Translations under genes and position numbers: made by a program
Notes under the pieces: model-generated
Seen by the model: the letters and a program-made list of their open reading frames with translations, nothing else
Databases searched by the model: none
What the model was told of the DNA's origin: nothing
Assembly: GCF_037042905.1 (NCBI RefSeq)
Contig: NC_087251.1
Coordinates: forward strand, 21,950,001-22,014,000
Origin: Lytechinus pictus
Lineage: Eukaryota
Direction of reading: 5' to 3'
DNA: 64,000 nucleotides
In this document: positions 12,532-24,732 of the stretch, piece by piece
Position numbering within the stretch: position 1 is the first letter of the stretch
Layout: each line of letters begins with the position of its first letter

Positions 12532-13447
12532 ATTGTTAAAAATGACAAAGGAATTATTCTCTTTGAGGACATATCATTGAACTAATCTGATGTATCTGTC
12601 CTTATTTAAAGATATTGACCGTGAAAATTATTGAAACATTATAATTACTAATAAGATTTTAAGAACATTTAACAAATATTGTTTTTCAATCGTGCCTGCA
12701 AATGAATAAAGTGATCAAAGTAATTTGAGATGAAGAAACAATTAGTCTGATTAGAATTTGTTAAAGTGGGATCCCAAGTCCAATTCCTCTTTTATAGAGC
12801 ATTTTAGCAAATTTGCTCTTTAATATTGTGCATGGATAAATCAGGCTACCATTTCTTGGCCACGTCTATTTTCATCAATTGTTGCAATCAATGAAATGAT
12901 GTATGATAGACATATCAATACACAATAGATGTGTCTCCTGTGTATCTCAATATCATTATGATTTCTTGATTGCTCTGTAATGGAAGGATGGAAGTAATCT
13001 ACTAGCGCAAGAAGGAAATAAGTAATTTAGCAAATACATCTTTTTGACTCTAAACAATGAATTTCAACAACTTCTTTCTGTAGTTCTCTTGTTGCTTGTA
13101 TCACTCTCAATTATTATCCACATTGATTTCATATGGCTTTTCTACACGTATGTGTAAATTGTCATTTTGAACAAACTGTTATTTCATAATGTCGCAATCA
13201 TGTTTATATCATTCAATTGATACATTGCTATCGATTTATATATTATTTTTCTACTGGGGGATTAAATCAAATTGGATTTGATAGTTTGAGAAATATGTAG
13301 GCATGTAAATTAATACTGCCTTTTTTCATGATGTGGATGCATCCAATTGCTCTAATACTGTAGAAGCTGTTATTTTCCCAGGGGTTTTATTTTCGCGAAT
13401 TGCCGATCGGCCGTAAATTGAAAAATGCAAGAAAATATTGACACATT

Positions 13448-14057
13448 TCGTCGGCGGTCATCCAAACCGTCGTATCAGTCAATTTTGGTCCAAAAAAAAA
13501 TTGATTTTGAGATTTTGCAGAAAATTAAAGTTTTAAATTAATTTTATTTTTTGAGATATAAGAGGATTTTCACGGCGATGCCATACATTTTTAAAAATAA
13601 AATGCGCAAATCCCATTGAAAACGTGTACTGTAACAGAGCGATAAGACGTTTTGACTGAACGTGATTTCAATGCGTGCGGTCAGCCAAACAGTTGTATCA
13701 GCCATCTGCACTGCATTGACTTTGCATGTGAAAAGCGATACAACGTTTTGACTGACCGCGCGCATTGAAATCGCTGTCAGGGTTGTTGTATTCCCTATGG
13801 CGTTTTTGTACGGGGGAAAGCTAAATCGCTCAAACCGAAATTACAAGCACGTAGCTCTTTTGCGATATTTTCTCTGATCCTTGCTTTTGTCAAGCAATTG
13901 TCTTGGTCTTTCCAACCATGTATTTTTCTAGCAATGAACATGTTGTAAGGCTGGGGAACTAAGTGTGAAAATTATAGTAAACTTTGAAGTTGATTTTCTC
14001 TGAAATGGGTTTGCACCGTCGTATGTGTGATACGACGGTTCGGAAGGCCGCTGACGA
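13448..14057. mobile_element. Unclassified 610-bp TIR element
   Basis: 30-bp TIR TCGTCGGCGGTCATCCAAACCGTCGTATCA (4 mismatches), T-rich flanks and an internal hairpin at ~13664-13771. Confidence 0.8.
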
Positions 14058-14143
14058 TTTAGTAATCAGTGCCAATGTCCGCAACAGCAAAGTTTAGCAA
14101 TTGCAAACATGCTGTCTGGTGAAAAAAGTTAGCTAGAATTTCA

Positions 14144-15097
14144 TTTTTGGCGTATAGGCGCCGCTTTTCCGACGGCGACGGCGGCGGCGACGGCGGCGGC
14201 GACGGCGGCGTCAACACCAAATCTTAACCTGAGGTTAAGTTTTTGAAATGACAGCATAACTTAGAAAGTATATGGACCTAGTTCATGAAACTTGGCCATA
14301 AGGTTAATCAAGTATTACTGAACATCCTGCCTGAGTTTCATGTCACATGACCAAGGTCAAAGGTCATTTAGGGTCAATGAACTTAGACCATGTTGGGGGA
14401 ATCAACATCAAAATCTTAACCTAAGGTTAAGTTTTTGAAATGTCATCATAACTTAGAAAATATATGGACCTAGTTCATGAAACTTATACATAAGGTTAAT
14501 CAAGTATCACTGAACATCCTGCATGAGTTTCACGTCACATGACCAAGGTCAAAGGTCATTCAGGGTCAATGAACTTTGGCCGAATTGGGGGTATCTGTTG
14601 AATTACCATCATAACTTTGAATGTTTATGGATCTGATTCATGAAACTTGGACATAATAGTAATCAAGTATTACTGAACATCCTGTGCAAGTTTCAGGTCA
14701 CATGATCAAGGTCAAAGGTCATTTAGGGTCAATGAACTTTGGCCAAATTGGGGTATTTGTTGAATTACAGCCATAAATTTGAAAGTGTGTTGGTCTAGTT
14801 CATAAAACTTGGACATAATAGTAATCAAGTATCACTGAACATCCTGTGCGAGTTTCAGGTCACATGATCAAGGTCAAAGGTCATGTAAGGTCAAAGAACT
14901 TTGGCCACGTTGGGGGTATTTGTTGAATTGCCATCATATCTCTATAAGTGTATTGGTCTAGTTCATAAAACGTGGAAATAAGAGTAACCAAGTATCACTG
15001 AACATCTTGTGCGAGTTATAGTAGTTTTCAAAATCAGCACTGCTGCTATATTGAATCGCGTGATGCAGGTGAGACGGCCAGAGGCATTCCACTTGTT
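14144..15097 (+). mobile_element. HINE-like element, copy 2 (5' hairpin lost)
   Basis: Nearly identical to copy 1 from tataggcgccgc to ccacttgtt. Confidence 0.85.
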
Positions 15098-15127
15098 ATT
15101 ATTTCTCAAACAAAATCGGATCCTTAA

Positions 15128-15714
15128 AGGAGAATGAAACCCTTGAAGCCAGCTGAATCCATATCAAAGAGAAAAATCAAAGAAACATATTGTTGAAAGT
15201 TTGAGGAAGATTGAATGAATAATAAGAAAGTTATGAGCATTTGAATATTGAAATCACTAATGCCATGTAGATCCTCCCATTGACAATGCGACCAAGATCT
15301 GTGATGTCACACACGTACAACTCCCTCATTACTTTAGTACTTATTTCACTTATATTCTCACTTTTAATATAGAGTCTATCACAAGGTGAGGTGTTCTCTT
15401 TATGAGAGGACAAGTACAGAGGTTTCACAACATTATATCATTGATGAATCGTTTGTCATATGATTAGAATGAGCAAAAAGAGATGTTTTGGGGTATATTT
15501 TCAGTGTCCAAAAGGGGAGAGTTGTTCATCTGTGACATCATAGATCTTGGTCGCATTGCCAAAGGGAAGATCTCCATAGCATTAGTGATCTCGACATTCA
15601 AATGCTCATAACTCTTCTGTTGCTAGTCCTATTTTACTCAAACTGTTGTTGATCTTATTCTTTGATTTTTCTGCTTTCACAAAAGCTAACTTGCTCCAAG
15701 AGTTTCATTCTCCT
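15128..15714. mobile_element. Kolobok-type TTAA MITE (587 bp)
   Basis: TTAA on both flanks, TIR AGGAGAATGAAAC / GTTTCATTCTCCT and long subterminal inverted repeats. AG...CT ends with a TTAA target fit Kolobok. Confidence 0.85.
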
Positions 15715-16853
15715 TTAATGATTTCTATGCATATTTTTTATCCATATCTATTAACTCCCTGTAATATAACAATGTATTTTCCATGAAATAATTTGATTTT
15801 ATTGTCATCTGATTGACTTTATACACAGGTATATTGGCAGCTATTTGCATACTCATTAATATAATTAAGTCACATAACCAGAGGTTTTAGAGGTGTAAGA
15901 TTCTACTCACAAAATTCTACACAATGAATCTAACAAAACATAACTTCCAAAGATTGCTTTTACAGATTAAACTGTGACATGATGAATTTTCAGATCTAAA
16001 GGTACACACAAATTTAAGCCACTTTTTTTCACACTTTCTAACTGTTCTTTACAGGGACATATTTAAGTACCCGTCAGTGTGGGGGCATTGAGGAGTATAT
16101 TTTTGCACTTGTTTTGCACTATTTTTGCTTCTTTCAAATGCTGTGGAAGTGTTTGGTGCATCTCTTTAATGGGAATTCAACAACCTGCGAAAATGTTTGG
16201 ACCCCTGCGAAATTGTGTACTACGCGAAAATAACAGCTCTTACAGTATTGCATTTTACTCAAAGATCTATACTATAAATAAGTACACTGTGCTCATGTTC
16301 AATGCTCCATAATTTTGGGGATGAAAGTCAGCACCACTCCTCTCTTTATCTTCTATATATCTCTTTCTTGTCGTTCTATTACCTCTCTTCTCTCTATCAT
16401 TAGTTTCTTTATCTTTTGCATCCCTTTTATCTCTTTCTTTCTTTTCCTCCCTTATCTCTTTCACTCATCTCATCCACTCTCTCTCATCTGCCCCTCTCTC
16501 TCTCATATACACCTGCCTACCACCCTCAGATACACTCATTTTTCTTTTATTTCTCCTTTTTTTCATCTTGATACATTAGTACCCATACATCTGCATTAAG
16601 TATTTATTTACTTTTTGTGTCATTATACTTATTCGATATCACTTATATGAAACACATTATATACATTTTCGTCACATTTCTTTTCCTGAAAAAGTTCACT
16701 AGTGCTTTGAATATATATATTGTGTAAGAAACGAAAGTCAAATTAAGTTTTTATTGTGCAGACACGGCAACTAGGATGTAAGGACCAAAATTGTAGAGCG
16801 CTGCATGTCTGTGTGAAAGGAATTGGTATTTGAGAGAGCGTTAATCATCTTAA

Positions 16854-17439
16854 AGGGATGGTCCGGGCTGAAAATATTCATATCTTAATACATAGAGTAG
16901 AATTTACTGAGCAAAATGGCGAAAATTTCATCAAAGTCAGATAACAAATAATAAAGTTATTGAAGTTTCAAGTTTAGCAATATTTTGTGAAAACAGTCGT
17001 CATAAATATTCATCATGTGGGCTGATGATGTCACATCTCCACTTTCCGTTTTCTTATGTTATTACTTACAGAAAATCAAAACTTTTTCATTATTTCATAC
17101 TTGTGTGAAAAATATGTCCCCCTTATAATGAAATAAGTTGCAGCAATAAATATCTAATGCACTAAATCAGTTGTCAATCCAATTTTTCTAGTTCTTGGAG
17201 GAAAAAATTTGAATAAACCTAATTTCATATAATAAAATACAAAAGAACAAGTGGGGATTTGACATCATCAGCTCACCTAATGAATATTCATGACGACTGT
17301 TTTCACAAAATATTGCTAAACTTTAAAATTAAATAATTTTCTTATTTGTTATCCGATTTTGATGAAATTTTCGGCATTTTGCTCAGTGAATTCTACTCTA
17401 TTTATTAAGCTATAAATACTTTCAGCCCGGACCATCCCT
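16854..17439. mobile_element. Kolobok-type TTAA MITE (586 bp)
   Basis: TTAA flanks; perfect 20-bp TIR AGGGATGGTCCGGGCTGAAA extending imperfectly to ~200 bp. Confidence 0.9.
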
Positions 17440-17557
17440 TTAAATACAAGCACAGACAATGTGTGTTCTATCAATCCTGAGTTTGATCATTTTCAAATGT
17501 TTTAACACCACCACAGGAAAATACAAACACAAGTGTGAGAAGCAAAGATATCACTAA

Positions 17558-18416
17558 GGGTGTGTTTATGCTTCCATTGCGAGGACAGAATCAGCGTTTT
17601 CAAACGTCGATTCAAAACGCCAATCGTAAACGTGGTTCTGGGAGTGCTGTTTATGCTTAACTTTTCAGAGGCGAAGTCACGATCTCCAGCTGGCTTCGCA
17701 TCGTAATTTTCGTTGAGCAGGAAAGCGAGGTCAAATTGGGCGCGCCCTTTTTCGAAAGTTTTTTTTTCCGAGTGTTGTTATGGGGAAGGTACGTCGACTA
17801 TTATATAAACAGCGAACAATTTCCTATATTTTAGTCATTGCATGGAGCTTCTTGATATAGCCATATAATTAATATAATTTCCACCATGGTGAGGATAATA
17901 GTAAGAAAAAATTAAGAATATTAAGTATACTAAATAATAAAATATCTATTTTTTATGCTACTGGGGCATCTGGCGGTGTCTCCTCATTATAACTCATGTT
18001 CCAGGTTTGGTTTGTTTGGTGTAAATCCCTCAACGTTCATCGTGATGACAAATTGGAAGAGTAATACTAGTAATAGTACTACACATGCAAAACAAGGGAG
18101 ATGAGCGGTAATTTCATGGAAGTAACATGCGACCATGGAGCAATGCGACTGTATTTGCCCGCGGATTTTCATCTCACCGGAAGCATGTACCAAATGACGT
18201 CATTAAAACACGTTTACGATCGTGGTTCTGTTTATACTTCCCCAGAAAGCCTGATTCTGGTCAAACGACGTTTACAAACGCACCTTTTTGTGAGTTTACG
18301 ATCGGCGTTTTGAAACAGCGTTTAAATGAAAGTAAGCATGGACGCAACCGTGTTTTGGACTTATCACGTTTGGAAACGCTGATTCTGGCCAGAAAAGTGG
18401 AAGCATAAACACGGCC
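17558..18416. mobile_element. PIF/Harbinger MITE
   Basis: TAA TSD; TIR GGGTGTGTTTATGCTTCCA / TGGAAGCATAAACACGGCC with subterminal cagaatcagcgttt repeats. Confidence 0.88.
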
Positions 18417-19565
18417 TAAGCGGCTAAGGATGTAAAGCATTAAGAAAAGTAAACGTGAAGTATTAACAAACATATTTTACATTTGATTTTCTTCCCAGAC
18501 AAAATGATATTCTTGACAACACCAAGCTTCCACTGAATTTGTCATGTTTTTGAAATCCCCTATCTGGCTTTGCAATCAAATCTGAATGAGGAACACAATC
18601 TACCAATGTAATTTAATGGTGATCCTTTCAATAAGCTCTTAAATAGAAGATTGTGATATATTGAATATAGAAAACCATGTACAAAAGCAGAATGCACTAT
18701 GCCTGAAGAGGTCACTCAAACAGAAACAAAATTTAAACTAATCCCAAATTGACTTTCAAGAACACATCTCTTCTTCTCAGTTGAACATTCTTATTGGATT
18801 GGACTTAATATTCCTCTTTTTTTGTTTTCATTATCAAACAGAATTGATCTGACAGGTCTGAAGTGCAAGATAGAGGCTTGGTTTTAGATGAAAGACAAAT
18901 ATTGTCAAATCTATGTTAAAGTACATGGGTTTAATATGTTTTTGTTATCACAGCAAACAGTGTCATCTTAAAGCCGTCTATCTCTGTAATATTAAAATCA
19001 ATATAATCAATTCTTGCTTGTCAGATGTATAGAAGGCGAGCGACTGGCACGAGACTGATTCCATGTATTCATTGTTCAAACATTCAAACACGGCCTTGTC
19101 TGTGAGACAAGTGCCACTTTTCAGATATGAGTACTTGATTCATGAAAATCCTCTTTCTTTGAGTGATGTCTTTTGTTTGATTGCTGGTTGATTTTGAAAA
19201 GTATTGAAATGAGAGGTGGATTAATATTGACTTGAAAGTGATCAGTATTGGTAGAGGAGGTGATGGAAATTACTTAAGTTTAGAGACTCACGTCACCAGT
19301 GATCTTGGAAGTGAGAAGTAGGATGTGATTTGGACTATATAGAGTAGATGTAGTAACTCGTAAATAATTGAATATTGATTTTTATGCCTATCTTATCAAC
19401 GTAATAATTTGGATACATATTGATAATAGGTGTTCTGTAATAACCTTGGCAGTAATTAGCAGTTGAAAATAAAGAGAACCAAACATAAGAACCTACAGAT
19501 CACTTTTAAAATCTTAATACATTATTATTGTCTAATGTCATTTACTTAATTAAAGGCAGTGTAAT

Positions 19566-19726
19566 ACCTCAGTCACATTTCCCCTACGGCTGCCGTATGG
19601 TGAGTCGAAAACGGACGTTTTAAATTTTTTTTGTACTAGCTACATATGGGTGGTTTGAATAAAATTAGATAAAACGGCTGTTTTCTACTCTCCTTATGAC
19701 GGTCGTAAGGGAAATGTGACTGAGGT
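19566..19726. mobile_element. 161-bp MITE (Harbinger-like)
   Basis: Perfect 18-bp TIR ACCTCAGTCACATTTCCC; TAA-like flanks. Confidence 0.8.
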
Positions 19727-22237
19727 TAAGCTCTTTTCACAAGTTTTACAAACTCTATATGTGTACAGCATAAGTGAATGTTTAAAGGGATGCACTCTAT
19801 TGTTATATTGGTTTTAATAAAGGCATGTAAATAAGGGTTATATGAATCATATCAATGATTGTTTGATGGAAATACATCAAAATATAACAGAGGTAACAAA
19901 TTTTTCTTAATTTTTGAGATTGGCAATTTTTATGTTTCAATATTGCTCCCCGTGCACTGTAAAATGTCAGAAATAAAAGTAAAATGACAGAAATAAAACT
20001 CTGAGTAGAGCCATAAGGAAGGAGTTCAAATCTTTTATTTCAGATCATTATCTGTCGTTTTACTGTATGGTTAATGTAGATTGAATAATTTTTTAAAGAA
20101 TTATATCAGATGATGTAGAAGTTTCAGAAAAAAGACAGTTCACAACATTTATAATAGGGCGCATAATGGAAAGCAGACTCAAAGAGACATCAAAATAGAT
20201 ACAATTTTATAAATCTCTTATCTTTTGAGATTTTTTTAATTTCAGTATTAGTATTCTATCTGCCTTATGCTTTTATCACGACCAACATGTGATTAGGGTG
20301 ATTTCACTCTCTAATCTTATGGTAATCAATCGTATGTCTCTTGTCTCCTTGTGTGTCATCATTTTTCTGTTCTTTTTAATTAACAGTCTGTTTGAAGTAT
20401 GTCACTTGTAGATTATAAGTGCATGTATGTGTTATTGCAATTTTGATGACTATGACTTAACTTTGAAACATTGTGCTGTTTATTTTTCTCTTCATGTCCG
20501 CTCTCTAATCATCTCATGTTCTCTTTTTCTCCCTTTTCTTTTTCTCTTTCCCTGCTTTTCTTTCCACATTGCCCCCATTCTTCCCTCTCCCTCCATCTCT
20601 CAGTCTCTTATTTGTATATCAGGGCCACCTTTTTAATATTCATCCCTCCACTCTATTCATCTCCCACCAATTTCCTCCCTTCTTCCCTCTAAATCCCATT
20701 TCTCAATACAAATAAACTATTTTCTCACACCATTCTCCATGTGATTTACTATAGACGCTGTCCTTCTTTCTCTTTCTTTCTCTCTCGCTCTCTCTTTCTC
20801 CCTGAAATGGTTCTTCCAAGACCATTTCATTTGTTCGATCCTCCTCGTCAATGCGCTATCCCATAATTCCCCTGTTAATAACAGCCAGTTCTAGGCTCCT
20901 GTAACCCATTAGGGTGAGGGGGCACGTACAGCTTCAATCCCAAAATGCATTTATCATCCGATTTTTCTTTTTTTATTTGAAAAGTGTCCTTTTTGAGTGC
21001 CCCTTTCTTCTGACTATGCTCAACGGAAAATTAGCTGGAATTATTCATCCCAGCAACTTGAGAACCGTTTTAGCTACCGGTTGTCGGTGGCTACATTAAG
21101 GGGTTCTCTTAATTGAAATCTGAGATTATTTGATCACTCTTACTGATCATACATTAGTCATTGATCTGTAGCATTCACTTTGTAATAGTGACATGTTGTC
21201 AAGACAAATATTGATATTACCTAGACAGTGGATGATTTTTTTTTTTTGGAGAGGGGAACAAGGATAATGATTGAAAAACAGAAAACCAGATTGTAGCACA
21301 ACATAATTATTATACTATCAAGGCTATCATGCGACTATTTGGGCACGCTGCTTGAAAGCAAAACACACCAAAAAAAGATTGAAAGCAAAACACACACAAA
21401 AAAGACTTTATTTTGGATTGACATCACATGCAAAAGAAGTTTGAAGTTCAAATGAAGATTTTTCTTTTTTTGAATTTGTTTATATGATTGTCATTTGATA
21501 GTTCTGGAACTTGTATATATATGTTTGAATTCTGAAAGTTAGTAGTAGATATTTTGGTTTGTACTGTATATGAAGGAAAGCATTTGAAGAAGGGGAGGGG
21601 GAAGGGGGTGATAAGGAGACAGCTAAAACATAAATCTGTAAAGTGCATCTCAATGACTCAATTTGACCAGCCAAGTTGGTTAATAAATCATTATTTATTA
21701 CATCAGTTAAAGATGAATAAATATTCCTCTCTGCGATGATGTGTTATTTGTAATGCTGATGTTATCATAGACTTAATTGATATGCATTGTCCAAAAAAAA
21801 TGTTGCAAAATTTGTTGTTTCTAATAGTGACATTTCGAGGATGGACTGAGTTTGAATGATGTTGATGCAATGATGCGTGATAGTCCACACATGGTTTATT
21901 CTCATTTGTGTAATGAATGTATCTGGAATAATGTTGAACCCTGTCATTTCAGAAAGTTTTTGAGATGTTGAATTTAAAAAGATAAGAATGTTGGTTCCAT
22001 TGTTGATTAACATTTTAAGCTTCCACTTCATGCAAACAGCAAATCATGCAATATTTTCATCTTTTACGATTTTCATCTGAAACACTCAATCACGCATGCA
22101 AACAGCTGAAATACATCTCTTCAACAATATACAAATCACTCTTTTCAACCTTTGAAGACACCCAAACATTACATTTCTTTGTAAAACATTCGCTGTCAAC
22201 TTCATGGGCAAAATCCTAAATAAATGGAGACTCTAGG

Positions 22238-22466
22238 CATTGGCGGCGGAAGCCAAAAAATTTAGGGGGGACCACCAAAAAATTTTGACAAGCAAAAAAA
22301 AAAAAGGTTATCAACCTAAAAATGTAGGGGGGGACGCTGGAAAAAAAAATTGACAAGCCCCCCCCCCCAAAAAAAAGGTTATCAACAAATATTAAGGGGG
22401 ATCGTCTCCCCCACCTCAAGTTTAGGGGGGACACGTCCCCCCCCCCCCCCGCTTCCGCCGCCTATG
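22238..22466. mobile_element. hAT MITE
   Basis: Perfect 8-bp TSD ACTCTAGG (22230-22237, 22467-22474); TIR CATTGGCGGCGGAAGC with 15/16 match. Confidence 0.92.
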
Positions 22467-24460
22467 ACTCTAGGTAGAAAATGGTGCTTTTTAAAACATT
22501 TCACTTCTGACTGCCCGAAATTCAGGGTAACTGCACATTCCATGATTACATAATCACAGCAGATGGCACATTATTGGAAAGAGGAATAATGAAGCTTTTG
22601 AATGACACCAGTTTCACCTTTTATACTTCAGTAACAAAAAAAAAGATATCATCCCTCAAATTTGAGGTGCAGAACTTTTTTGTGAGGGGTTTATATGCAA
22701 CTGTAGATTTAGGTTGTCATTGTTTAACTAATACAATAGCTTTAGCCACAACCTAATACAAATTGTAAGTTATACAGTCACACTTAAGTTTCAGCATTTT
22801 TTTGCACCCAAACTTGCTTTTCACAATCCTGTCAGTAAAATTAGCAGACGTTTTTTTTATACGCAGGTTTAGGAATAGTTTTAGGAAATAATCCCAGGTA
22901 TTGAACTGTTTTCATATCTTATGCAGATGTACTGTGACAAAATAACAATGTTTGTAGTCCCTTCCATGCATTTCTGTGTGCATTGGAACGGATTCTTGGC
23001 AGAACTGAGTCGGTTTTTAATCATGACTAAACAAACTTAATTACTTAACTATATAATACCAATACGTAGACAAAAAGTAAAAATTGTGGGCAAGAAATCT
23101 GTTTGAAAGAACGAAGCACAAAAAATATCTGTCGTCTCTCTCCAACATCGAGATCAATATCTACCTAGTATGTTGTTTACGTGAGAATTAAATGTACTGT
23201 ATACACATTTAATTAAGGGTACTCGAGATTTCAAATTCAATTGTCTTATCAATTTCACATGGCATGTGTGGTGACTTTTCTTGGAGCTTGACATTTGTAT
23301 TCATAAATTATTGCATTGAAATAACGATTTGTTTTCAATTTGGTCAGTTGTTATGGACAGGCAAAGTTAATGAAAGGTATTCAAATTATTATCATATTAT
23401 ATTATTCTAGAGACATTAGCTTAATGTTAGGACATAGAGTAGAGAAGAGACCTGGATTGTATTTCCTGTAACACAAACCCAATTTATATTGTTTGATAAA
23501 AACTCAATTTTGATGTAGCATTCGAATGCTCAGGATATTGGTCATATATATGATATAGTTTTACTATTTGTGGAGCAAATTGAATTCAATGCACTTTTAA
23601 AGTTGTACTATTGACACTGCCATATTAATCAATGAAATACAGAGGCAACTGAGACATTTTGATATTATTCTTAAAATTCAATATTATCTGCAAACTTTCT
23701 TTTGTTTTCATTTAAGTTTTAATTGTGAAGTACTGTTCCCTAAATGACTACATTAATTTCATATTGCTCTGGACTGTTTTTTTCCTATTACTAAGTGGAT
23801 CCCAGAACTGAAAGTTGTACATTTATATATTTTGACAATATTTCTCTTTTTTGTCATGATTTTTTTTTTCATTGTTATTATTTAAGAACTTTGTGTTGTT
23901 GGGTAGAGAAAACAGCATTTTTTTCTCTTTGATATTCCATGTTTCAAAATCTTTATCTGCAAAGATTGTATAAAAATTCAATCGCCAGTCCCCCCCCCAA
24001 AAAAAAAAAATTGAGTCAATTTCATAAGCTTTGAGATATGAGGTTTAAATACAGCAGTTAAAAAGATAATGTGAAGCTCACAGTTCTATCTTTATGTATA
24101 GTTATTCACAACTTTAAGTTCACAGGTAGGCCTACTGATAGTTTTTTTCACATTGGAAAGACAAGGTCAATGCCAGACAATTCCATCTTTCTTCTTTCTA
24201 TCCTACTTTCAACATTTCCACGTCTTTTCAATGGTGGTTGATGAGTGAGGAAAGTTTCAAAAAGTGGTGAAAGATTATCTCTGTGTTGAGACGCTGTAGG
24301 GGAAGAGGGAGATGGACTGTATTGCCAAGTTTGAAGTTTAATCAATACAGGATACGTTGCTGTCATGGTCTTGCTTACTAATTCCCTCTCCTTTTATTTG
24401 TCCTATTCAATTTATATCAATGATAGGAGAAAGATGAGGTTGGGTGTAATTGATCAAGGA

Positions 24461-24732
24461 CTGGGCCCTGTCTTACAAACAGTTACGATTGATCCGATCA
24501 ACCTTAAAGAATATGGAAATCCATCAATGTCATAATATTTTTTCTTCAGGAAATTTGCACAATGTCTTGAAAACAAAGAGAAGCATACTGAATTGTCAAG
24601 AAAACAGTGAATGTATGAATATACATCATATCTAGAAAATATTTTGAAGAAACATGTATTTTAGAGGTTGACGTTGCTGGCTTCCCATAGTTGTGATTGA
24701 TTGGATCAATCGTGACTTTTATTTTTGTAAGA
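24461..24732. mobile_element. Diverged MITE
   Basis: Inverted ends tcttacaaa..gttacgattgatccgatcaa / ttgattggatcaatcgtgac..ttgtaaga. Confidence 0.65.

Larger units (their letters stand above)
13358..16245. mobile_element. TA-flanked DNA element that hosts three nested insertions
   Basis: TA|CTGTAGAAGCTGTTATTTTC ... GAAAATAACAGCTCTTACAG|TA (18/20 inverted match) with ttttcgc/gcgaaaa subterminal motifs. Confidence 0.6.

Noticed and set aside
18703..18730. CTGAAGA...GAAAC hammerhead-like core (similar at ~63312)
   Set aside because: Could not build the required stems.
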